Part shown: piece after piece, positions 56,308 to 64,000 of the stretch
Layout: each line of letters starts with the position of its first letter
Position numbering within the stretch: position 1 is the first letter of the stretch
Assembly (NCBI GenBank): GCA_964549075.1
Contig: CAZJUB010000004.1
Location: 4,314 to 68,313, forward strand
DNA: 64,000 bases
Reading direction: 5' to 3'
DNA from: an uncultured archaeon
GTDB taxonomy: Archaea; Asgardarchaeota; Heimdallarchaeia; Heimdallarchaeales; Heimdallarchaeaceae
Position numbers and translations under genes: made by a program
Notes under the pieces: model-generated
Seen by the model: only the letters and a program-made list of their open reading frames with translations
The model's database searches: none
Told to the model about the DNA's origin: nothing

Positions 56308-57294
56308 GTGGTTTGTTATAATAGAAAGAAAACATTAATATTTACCAAACAATTTCACAGTATCATAACACCTTTGAGGTCTCATTCATTGAGTAATAAA
56401 TCTGGCAGACGAAAAATCGACTATGAATGCAATATTTGCCGAAAAACAAGGATTTTGTTTGTTTTACCTTCACTACACCATAGTGTCGATGAAAGAGGTT
56501 ACATTGAATACGTAGATATCCATCCTTGTGCAGATGAAAAATTGAATGCGAATATTCTCTATGTGGACAGAAATATGGTTGTGAGGTCTCAAGTTCCTGT
56601 CAAGGTTGGGGATGATGTTTCTAAACAAGACATTTCCTCTATGCAAATACCTGTTCCTAAAAGAGTAGATTTTAAAACAGTAAAGCTATCTCTAGAAAAA
56701 GATTTCAAAGGTAAAAATATAAAGGAATTTACTATAATTGACAGATTAAGACAAACACGTTTTCAAACTTCAGAAAAAGAAGAGGATTATACTTTAGAAA
56801 TTTCTTCTGATCTTCAATTTATAGATATAAAAGTTAAGTTAAACAGAAATATTGATCTTGAAATAGCGGAAGATTGGTTAAAACAGATAGCTTCAATTCT
56901 CGAGTCTGTAGTGATTCTTGACGAAGAGATGCTTTCATACATGTTATCTTACTTAGATCCAAAAATTCCTACAGGAACGACTGGAGAAACCATTATGGAG
57001 CTAGATATGATACTCCATGCTAAAAGTTCATTCCCCTTAGCATCTTTGAAATCGTATGCTTCTTTCAGGAGACAATGGCCATCTATAAAAGATGATCTCT
57101 CAGGAAAAGATTTCTTTACTTATGAGAAATTACTAACATATTGTATAGGTAATCAATACAAAACTCTTCTTGACATCTATTTTAAGGCTGAAGAATCAAT
57201 GAATTTTCTAACATTTATTGATCGAGTAGAAGATCTCTCCATGCTTGGTTTGATAAATATCAAGAAAACTGAGTTCTACACTATTGATGATTAA
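56308..57294 (+). CDS. Hypothetical protein. The annotated GTG start is doubtful; the first in-frame ATG is near 56575.
   Basis: 328-aa ORF from a GTG inside the divergent carS promoter region. CNICRK...HHS...HPCA suggests a small zinc-binding element. No other motif recognised. Confidence 0.4.
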   Translation: MVCYNRKKTLIFTKQFHSIITPLRSHSLSNKSGRRKIDYECNICRKTRILFVLPSLHHSVDERGYIEYVDIHPCADEKLNANILYVDRNMVVRSQVPVKVGDDVSKQDISSMQIPVPKRVDFKTVKLSLEKDFKGKNIKEFTIIDRLRQTRFQTSEKEEDYTLEISSDLQFIDIKVKLNRNIDLEIAEDWLKQIASILESVVILDEEMLSYMLSYLDPKIPTGTTGETIMELDMILHAKSSFPLASLKSYASFRRQWPSIKDDLSGKDFFTYEKLLTYCIGNQYKTLLDIYFKAEESMNFLTFIDRVEDLSMLGLINIKKTEFYTIDD

Positions 57295-57443
57295 ATTTAT
57301 TATATTTATAAATCTAATAGCTCTTAATGTTTATAAGATGAAATACACAATGCGGTTTCTCATTCTAATTCATACATACCTTGAAAAACAGAGATAAGTA
57401 ACTGCAAAAAATTTAAAAAATTCAAAAAAGCTCTCTATTTTAG

Positions 57444-58808
57444 ATGGCTGATAATCCTGCACCTAAAAAAATGTCGCTAGTTGAAGCTATTTCAATGGCA
57501 GTTGGAACAATGATTGGTGCAAGCATTTTTTCGATTTTTGGACTCGGAACAGAAATTGCTGGTAAGAATCTTCCGTTCGCTTTTCTTTTATCTGCTTTTT
57601 ATGCAATGATTGTTGCATATTCCTATGCAAGGATGGGATCCGCAATTAGATCAAATGCTGGACCTATTGCATTTATTTTAAAAGGTATTGGAGATAATAT
57701 AGTCACTGGTGCCCTTAGTATATTGATATGGATGATAAATGTAGTTTCAATCGCCTTATTCCTAAAAGGTTTTGCAGGATATTTACTGCCACTATTGAAT
57801 TTTAACTCTACTACATTAAATTTCGCTATTGTTGAAGGGATTTTGATCATTATCTTCACAGCATTAAATTTCTTTGGGAGTAAAGCAGTCGGAAAAGTAG
57901 AATTCTTTATTGTTTTAATTAAACTTAGCATTCTGGTAGTTTTTATAATTGCAGGGCTAATAACTTTAAACGTCGGGAATATAATTCCTAGTACAGATAG
58001 CTCCCATATATCCGGGACCTTACATGCCTCAGTGATTTTCTTTCTTTCATATATGGGATTTGGTCTCATAACAAACGCTTCAGAAAATATCAAAAATTCC
58101 AAGAAAAACGTTCCTAGAGCAATTTATTTGAGCATAATAATTGTGTCTATTGTATATATTTTGGTGGCAATCACTGCTGTGGGTAATCTGTCAATCCAAG
58201 ATTTAATCGCTGCTCAAGAAAACGCTCTAGCTGAAGCAGCAAAACCATTATTGGGGAATTTTGGTTATTTATTGATATCTATCGGAGCACTCTTCTCCAT
58301 ATCATCGGCATTGAATGCGACAATTTATGGTGGGGCAAATATTGCTTATTCTTTAGCCAAGGATGGAGAATTACCTGAATTTTTTGAAAGAAAAGTATGG
58401 TTTAAATCAACAGAAGGATTATATATTACAGCAGGTTTAGCTCTTGTTTTTGCAATAGTTTTTAATGTGGGAGAAATCGCTTCTATCACTAGTTCCATCT
58501 TTATCATCATCTATCTCTTCGTTTTAATTTCTCATTTTCGACGTGCGAAGGAGTATAGGGGAAACCGTGTCATCCTTGGAATTAACATCTCAATTCTATC
58601 GGTAATTTTCATTGCATCCATGTATTATCAGTTTACTACCCAACAAGTAGCTTTCTATGGAACTATCATCACACTTTTTGTAGCATTAATTGTAGAATAC
58701 ATCTTACGACGCTTCACAGTCAGAGAATTCAAGGTTATTGAAAAAACGATAGAAGAGGATGCCAAAACAATAGAACAGGACGTTAAAAAAATTGTTGAAA
58801 AATTATAG
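57444..58808 (+). CDS. APC-superfamily amino acid permease
   Basis: 454 aa with 12 TM helices. N-terminal motif SLVEAISMAVGTMIGASIFSIFG. Confidence 0.8.
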   Translation: MADNPAPKKMSLVEAISMAVGTMIGASIFSIFGLGTEIAGKNLPFAFLLSAFYAMIVAYSYARMGSAIRSNAGPIAFILKGIGDNIVTGALSILIWMINVVSIALFLKGFAGYLLPLLNFNSTTLNFAIVEGILIIIFTALNFFGSKAVGKVEFFIVLIKLSILVVFIIAGLITLNVGNIIPSTDSSHISGTLHASVIFFLSYMGFGLITNASENIKNSKKNVPRAIYLSIIIVSIVYILVAITAVGNLSIQDLIAAQENALAEAAKPLLGNFGYLLISIGALFSISSALNATIYGGANIAYSLAKDGELPEFFERKVWFKSTEGLYITAGLALVFAIVFNVGEIASITSSIFIIIYLFVLISHFRRAKEYRGNRVILGINISILSVIFIASMYYQFTTQQVAFYGTIITLFVALIVEYILRRFTVREFKVIEKTIEEDAKTIEQDVKKIVEKL

Positions 58809-58921
58809 ATAACTCAGTTACTCAGTAAGGGGAAAAGTATAAAACTTTGACACCTTTTTGACATCCTCGGAGTATTGAGATAGGTAAAGTAGTTTATTTA
58901 TAGTAGTTTATTAATTAAAAT

Positions 58922-60094
58922 TTGATGAAATATTTAGCTAATAGGATCAATTTATTTCAAGAGTCTGTAATTCGTGAAATGACAAGAAAAGCAATAGAAC
59001 ATGATGCAATAAATCTCTCTCAAGGAATGCCAGACTATTCTCCGCCTTCAATTTTATTAGAAGGTCTAGATGAAGCTTTGAAGGACAATGAACACCAATA
59101 TTCTGTCACCTATGGGAGAAAAGATTTGAGAGAAAAAATCTCAGAAAAACTTGAAAATTATAATAACATCCTATATGACTCAGAGGATGAAATTACAATA
59201 ACTTGCGGTGCTAGTGAGGCGATAGCAAGTAGTATCCTAGCTATACTCAATCCTTCAGATGAAATTCTTATCTTTGAACCTTGGTATGAAAATTATGTAC
59301 CTTTAACGTACCTTAGTGGAGCCAAACCTGTATTCGTACAACTGGGAAATACTAATTTCAACATCGATGAAGAAAAGTTAAAACAAAGTATAACTGATAA
59401 AACTAAAGCTATTTTTATTAATACACCTCACAATCCTAGTGGAAAGGTTTTTTCAAAAGAAGAACTTCTTGTTTTATCTGATATTTGTAATGACAATGAC
59501 TTGATAGCAGTTACTGACGAAATATATGAATATATCATATATGATAATTTAAAACACATAAGTCCTGCAAGTATTGGAGATATGTTTAACAAAACAATAA
59601 CTATTTCTGGTTTTAGTAAGACTTTTTCTATTACTGGATGGAGGATAGGATATGTTGCAGCTGAGAGGGAACTTATGAGTGGAGTAAGAAAAGTACATGA
59701 CTACTTAACCATATGCTCACCATCACTCCTTCAGCATGCAGTCTTGAAATCCTTTGAACTAGAAGATGAATATTATATGAATTTAAAGGAGAGATATCAA
59801 ACCAATAGAGATTATTTAGTAGAAAATTTGAGAAAATTAGGTTTGAATCCAATAGAGCCTAAAGGTGCATATTATCTTTTAGCTGATATTTCAGAATTCG
59901 GTAAAAGTGATGCGGAGTTTGCTGATTTTTTGGTAAAGAATCAAGGTGTTGCTACTGTTCCAGGCTCAAGTTTTTTTCAAAAAGGAGATAATAATCAAGA
60001 TGCTCAAAAATATGTTAGGTTCTCGTTTTCACACAAATTAGAAACTCTTCAAGAAGCTATTGCTCGAATAGAAAATCGATTAAAAGAAAAATGA
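58922..60094 (+). CDS. PLP-dependent aminotransferase, class I/II
   Basis: SQGMPDYSPP, NTPHNPSGKV and SGFSKTFSITGWRIGY (PLP-lysine region). 390 aa. Confidence 0.85.
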   Translation: MMKYLANRINLFQESVIREMTRKAIEHDAINLSQGMPDYSPPSILLEGLDEALKDNEHQYSVTYGRKDLREKISEKLENYNNILYDSEDEITITCGASEAIASSILAILNPSDEILIFEPWYENYVPLTYLSGAKPVFVQLGNTNFNIDEEKLKQSITDKTKAIFINTPHNPSGKVFSKEELLVLSDICNDNDLIAVTDEIYEYIIYDNLKHISPASIGDMFNKTITISGFSKTFSITGWRIGYVAAERELMSGVRKVHDYLTICSPSLLQHAVLKSFELEDEYYMNLKERYQTNRDYLVENLRKLGLNPIEPKGAYYLLADISEFGKSDAEFADFLVKNQGVATVPGSSFFQKGDNNQDAQKYVRFSFSHKLETLQEAIARIENRLKEK

Positions 60095-60105
60095 AAAAAA
60101 AGAGA

Positions 60106-61488
60106 TTATCTTTTTCTTCTTCTAATTATAGGTAAAACAGCAATTATAGAGAATAACAGATAATACCAATTATAACCTGATAAAGTCCATGTTCCATTTT
60201 CGTCGCTTGGTGTGTTAATCTCTCCATTAATTAATAATGAAGAATTCTCTGGAGCAAATTCCATTTCGAAATGAACAAAATCAACCAAATCAATTGCTAG
60301 ATTTTGAACGATTCCAGAATTCACATTAATTTCTAGTTCTACTGACCATAACATTGAATCATCAAGGATATTGAAACTTAGTGTCATATAACTACCCGAA
60401 ATTGAGGTCAATGTATTCTCGATGCCAGGATCATTAAGATCTCGAATATGAGATATATCTTCCATTGATATAATTGTACCATTATAAAGAGTGCAACTCA
60501 AAGGATTAGTTAATGTTACCCACAGCACTAATTGACCACGAGTCACATGTGTCCATTCCATCGGATTTCCTTCAAAAAATACGTCGAAGAAGCTAACACT
60601 TGGATCAGAGTAATCTCCGCCATAATACTCGAGTGGATTGGTTGGAAACAGGTTATATTCAAAACTAAATACATGACCCACTTCTAATGTGACATTGTTA
60701 ACTTCCATTCTGTCAATAACACCTGGTTCATAAGTAATTTCAGTATATTTCCAAGAAAGTATAGTTCCTGCACCTAAATTTGGATGAAAGTTAAGAGTAT
60801 TATCTATAACTACACCTGCATCGTCAATACCAGACTCCCAAATATCAAGTTGACCAAACATTTCTCCAAAATCATCTTCAATAAAGAAGTTAGAACAGAT
60901 TCCGGTATTATTATTGTATGTAACTTGGAACGAATCTAAATAATCATTGTAAATAGTAACAGTTACATAGTTTCCACCAGATATGTAGTAATCTATTGAA
61001 GTAATATTAGGATTAGTAATTGCTCTATATTCTAAGAATTGGGTTATGTTCTCATCTAGTCCAGAAGCAGCATTATGGAATACATAAGGGATAACTAGAA
61101 ATTGTAAAGCAAAAGAAGGTTCTGTGTTATCATTTATATCATAGAAAGATACTTCATTATAATTTACGAATAATTTCAAAAATTGAGGTGGGTGAGAAGC
61201 CTCATAGACTTCATGGTAAAGTTTTGGTAAAGTATCATTGATTTCAAAAGCTAAAACACTACCTTCAAACAAATCTTCTCCAGCTAAAGTTGGTGGATCT
61301 GCTGTATTAAACAGAAATTGATCGTATATTCTCCAAGCAATCGTCTCATCATCAAGGCTAGAATGCCAAATTAAACTATGATCAATAGCTTTTGTATTCA
61401 GAGGTACTATTGCTCCTAATAAAATTGCTGTAACTACTAAGGAGTAAATTGTTTTTTTTATCATAATATTTGAACCCCCATAGTTCAA
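60106..61488 (-). CDS. Secreted/surface protein with an N-terminal signal peptide and a C-terminal TM anchor plus basic tail
   Basis: 460 aa. The signal is KKTIYSLVVTAILLGAIVPLNTKA. The C-terminus is YYLLFSIIAVLPIIRRRKR. There are several N-x-S/T sequons. Confidence 0.5.
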   Translation of the reverse strand: MNYGGSNIMIKKTIYSLVVTAILLGAIVPLNTKAIDHSLIWHSSLDDETIAWRIYDQFLFNTADPPTLAGEDLFEGSVLAFEINDTLPKLYHEVYEASHPPQFLKLFVNYNEVSFYDINDNTEPSFALQFLVIPYVFHNAASGLDENITQFLEYRAITNPNITSIDYYISGGNYVTVTIYNDYLDSFQVTYNNNTGICSNFFIEDDFGEMFGQLDIWESGIDDAGVVIDNTLNFHPNLGAGTILSWKYTEITYEPGVIDRMEVNNVTLEVGHVFSFEYNLFPTNPLEYYGGDYSDPSVSFFDVFFEGNPMEWTHVTRGQLVLWVTLTNPLSCTLYNGTIISMEDISHIRDLNDPGIENTLTSISGSYMTLSFNILDDSMLWSVELEINVNSGIVQNLAIDLVDFVHFEMEFAPENSSLLINGEINTPSDENGTWTLSGYNWYYLLFSIIAVLPIIRRRKR

Positions 61489-61592
61489 GAGAAAATTAAG
61501 GCAATTTATCTAATAAAACTATTGTTAACAGCAAGGATGTTGCGATAAATAACAATTTATAAATGTTTAAATTCCAAACGTCTTGAAAATAG

Positions 61593-62522
61593 ATGTCTTC
61601 AGATGTAATCTTACAAGTATCTAATTTAACGAAAATCTATGGTAAAGAAATAGATTTGAGAATTAAAACTTTAGGTAGAGAAGTCACTGGTGCTGAGAAT
61701 GTTTCTTTTAGTGTCAATAAAGGCGAAATTTTTGGATTTTTAGGACCTAATGGTGCAGGAAAAACCACTACTATGCGAGCTATTTTAGATTATTTAAATA
61801 TTCAAGAAGGAAAGATAACTGTTTTTGGTCTAGACCATCATAAAGATTCTCTTGCTATTAGAAAGAGGATAGGTTATGTCCCCGGTGATATGGCTCTTTA
61901 TGACAATTTCACAGGTAATGAACTCATAAAATATTATGGTTTTTTTAGACCTGTAGATGAGAAGTTTCTTAAAAAATTGAAAAAAAATTTTAGAGTTGAC
62001 CTTAGTCTGAAAATTAGAACCTTATCTTCAGGAAACAGACAGCAAGTAGGGGTTATTGCAGCTTTAGCTTCGAAACCTGAACTGCTAATACTTGATGAAC
62101 CTACATCTGGATTAGATCCTCTCATGACTTCAAAATTCCATCAGATTCTGAAGGAATTACGGAAAGAAGGTACAACTATTTTCTTAAGTTCTCATGATCT
62201 TTCTGAAGTGCAAGCAATTTGTGATAGAGTAGCGATTATTAAAGAAGGACAAATTGTCTTAGTTGAAAACATCAAAGATTTAAGAACCAAATTCCTTCAG
62301 AATATTCACATTCAATTTTCAAAAGAAAGAATTCCAGAAATATCTTTCTTTGAAGATTTACCATACATTATGAATGTTGAAAAATTAAATGATACTGTAT
62401 TCAAACTACAATTAAAAGAAAATATCAATGAATTATTAAAAACATTGTCAAAATATAAGATTGAAAGGTTGACAATTGAAGATGCTAATCTTGAGGAGAT
62501 TTTTCTTCACTACTACCAATAG
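61593..62522 (+). CDS. ABC transporter ATP-binding protein (ABC-2/CcmA-like exporter)
   Basis: Walker A GPNGAGKTT. Signature LSSGNRQQVGVIAALA. Walker B LLILDEPTSGLD. Confidence 0.85.
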   Translation: MSSDVILQVSNLTKIYGKEIDLRIKTLGREVTGAENVSFSVNKGEIFGFLGPNGAGKTTTMRAILDYLNIQEGKITVFGLDHHKDSLAIRKRIGYVPGDMALYDNFTGNELIKYYGFFRPVDEKFLKKLKKNFRVDLSLKIRTLSSGNRQQVGVIAALASKPELLILDEPTSGLDPLMTSKFHQILKELRKEGTTIFLSSHDLSEVQAICDRVAIIKEGQIVLVENIKDLRTKFLQNIHIQFSKERIPEISFFEDLPYIMNVEKLNDTVFKLQLKENINELLKTLSKYKIERLTIEDANLEEIFLHYYQ

Positions 62523-62530
62523 GTGTCATT

Positions 62531-63349
62531 ATGTTTAGAGTTTATCTAAAAAATCTAAGAAAGAATTGGAAAAGTGGAATCATCCCTCCTTTAATTATGG
62601 GATTAATCATACCTCTAATTGCAGGTATTTGGCCTCAATTAAAATCTGCTTCAGAGGTTTTTAAAACCATTTTAGAAAATCCTGCTTACCAAGCTGTTCT
62701 AGGTAGTTTAGGTTTGGTAGATATAAGTAAATGGGAGGGGATGTTTTATATGTACATTTTCATCTGGCTTGAGATGATTTTATTATTTATAGTTATTTTC
62801 TTTCCTTCTCGAATGATAACAACAGAAGTAGATAAGAAGACTTTAGATATGTCACTAAGCCTTCCAATCCCCAGGTGGAAGTATCTTCTTGAGAAATTCC
62901 TTGTTTATTTGACCTATAATCTTCTGTATCCAGTTATTATACTTTTATTAGCATATATATCCACAGTATCACTAGCAGCAACAGGGTATGATGTTACGAT
63001 TAATTACGTGACATTGACTTATTCAGTAATTGGAGTATGGATGTGGTTTTTTGCTTTAGGTGCTATATCTTTGCTCTGTGGTTCAATTTTCTTGGAATCA
63101 AGAAAAGCTCTTTCAGCTTCTGCTGCTATTGTCTTAGGTATGTTCATCATTGTGAGAATAGGTGGTATGGTGGAGAGTGTATCATGGTTACAATATTTGT
63201 CAGTATTTCATTATATGGCTGCTGGAAGTATCTATCAACTAGATCCGCTAGTATTTCCTGTTGGAGATTTCTTCATATTATTTGGGATTGGCTTAGTTGC
63301 TTTAACTGGAGCATTATTCATATTTCAGAAAAGAGAATTAACCTATTAA
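62531..63349 (+). CDS. ABC-2 family permease
   Basis: 272 aa with six TM helices, immediately downstream of the ABC ATPase (8-bp gap). Confidence 0.6.
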   Translation: MFRVYLKNLRKNWKSGIIPPLIMGLIIPLIAGIWPQLKSASEVFKTILENPAYQAVLGSLGLVDISKWEGMFYMYIFIWLEMILLFIVIFFPSRMITTEVDKKTLDMSLSLPIPRWKYLLEKFLVYLTYNLLYPVIILLLAYISTVSLAATGYDVTINYVTLTYSVIGVWMWFFALGAISLLCGSIFLESRKALSASAAIVLGMFIIVRIGGMVESVSWLQYLSVFHYMAAGSIYQLDPLVFPVGDFFILFGIGLVALTGALFIFQKRELTY

Positions 63350-64000
63350 TCCGTTTTTTCTTCATTGATGTATTTTTTTTCTAGCTTGTTCATTAAAACT
63401 ATAGTTTCTGAGGAAAAAGAAGGTATATCTTCCCTGTCTTTTAATACAGCTTTATTATACAATTTAAAAAATGAAAAAGGATTTCCGATGTCTCTCAGCA
63501 TTTCTTCAACAAATGAATTCTTAATAATCAAATTCGTCATATAATACCCTATAGGATTTCCATAGGGAGGGGTAAATTCTCTCAATTCTTCTCCTAGTCT
63601 TTCACTTTGGGACATATTTTGAGTAAATTTACGTAAAATTGAATCTAACTTCACGAATGTTTTTGATATATTATCTAATGTTGCTTTAAATTGGGTTTTA
63701 TATCCCTCATTTAGGAATTTATGACTTGTTTCTTCTATAAAATATTCAATGTCGATATGGTCACCTATTCCTTCTATTTGGATAGTCTCCAATGTTCTGA
63801 CAATACCTTTATCTTCTTCATTTATTGCATCAACGTCATACTTGCTTAAGTTGTGGCATAGAAGACCATGTACCTCATGTGAAACTTTTGAAACAAACGC
63901 TTCAGTTTCTGTTGTATAGATAGGATCTACTGTAATTGTGTTTTCAGACTGTTCTTCTATATCAGGATCAACAATTGAAACAGTTATTTCTTCTGTAAAT
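63346..64000 (-). CDS. Partial CDS running off the window end (N-terminus outside the window). Hypothetical protein with an HExxH motif.
   Basis: The minus-strand frame of ORF 63346..63792 stays open through 64000 by hand-translation (...VSKVSHEVHGLLCHNLSKYDVDAINEEDKGIVRTL-ETIQIEG...). The track start at 63792 is a TTG codon inside a longer open frame. HEVHG is a possible zinc-peptidase motif. Confidence 0.45.
   Translation of the reverse strand, partial: FTEEITVSIVDPDIEEQSENTITVDPIYTTETEAFVSKVSHEVHGLLCHNLSKYDVDAINEEDKGIVRTLETIQIEGIGDHIDIEYFIEETSHKFLNEGYKTQFKATLDNISKTFVKLDSILRKFTQNMSQSERLGEELREFTPPYGNPIGYYMTNLIIKNSFVEEMLRDIGNPFSFFKLYNKAVLKDREDIPSFSSETIVLMNKLEKKYINEEKTD

Noticed and set aside
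1-64000. CRISPR arrays, tRNA/rRNA genes, transposases/integrases, prophage genes
   Set aside because: Scanning both strands showed no regularly spaced direct repeats. There are no GC-rich cloverleaf-like islands in the intergenic regions, no DDE/tyrosine-recombinase-like ORFs and no terminal inverted repeats. tRNAs cannot be formally excluded without tRNAscan-SE.

Overview
This is a 64-kb, gene-dense, strongly AT-rich segment (roughly 30-33% GC by eye, not computed) with about 60 protein-coding genes on both strands. Intergenic gaps are short and several gene pairs overlap by 4 bp (ATGA), which indicates operons. I found no rRNA, tRNA, CRISPR array, transposase or integrase. A tRNA search was not possible.

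The gene content looks like a chromosome of an anaerobic archaeon carrying many bacterial-type genes. Archaeal pointers are:
- a CDP-archaeol synthase (CarS)-like protein;
- a PhoU/TrkA-C protein;
- a solute-binding protein with a C-terminal membrane anchor;
- an archaemetzincin-like protein;
- TATA-like boxes about 25 bp upstream of several start codons, alongside Shine-Dalgarno-led genes.

Bacterial-type genes in the same window are NAD-dependent LigA, an RNase III with a double-stranded-RNA-binding domain (dsRBD), Fpg/Nei, TldD/TldE and FeoAB. Roadblock/LC7-like domains are fused to a TPR protein and to the cytoplasmic tail of a 1452-aa surface glycoprotein, which is reminiscent of Asgard-type archaea. 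The lineage call is inference only.

Notable loci:
1. A redox and NAD module: an E2-catalytic-domain-like protein, an FTR-like protein, a glutaredoxin-like protein, LigA and a divergent PncC.
2. Two apparently orphan gamma-class N6-adenine DNA methyltransferases.
3. A three-member paralogous family of large membrane proteins of unknown function. Two copies sit in tandem directly behind one methyltransferase.
4. A DUF134 / NifB-like x2 / MinD-ferredoxin ATPase x2 operon with palindromic candidate operators.
5. A remnant of an MFS transporter pseudogene.
6. A giant cadherin/Ig-like surface protein with a cytoplasmic roadblock-like tail.
7. A ThiBPQ/FbpABC-type ABC importer translationally coupled to an APH-family small-molecule kinase, next to an HTH/zinc-ribbon regulator. 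I propose this is a thiamine salvage locus.
8. A TsaC / nicotinamidase / TldDE block.
9. A feoAB operon with a perfect 9-bp inverted repeat in its promoter, a His/Arg-rich N-terminal extension on FeoB and a Cys-rich micro-ORF.
10. An Fpg/Nei glycosylase with a non-canonical N-terminus, a PAS sensor, CarS, an APC permease, an aminotransferase and an ABC-2 exporter.

All functional calls rest on motif recognition from reading the translations. No database search was possible.
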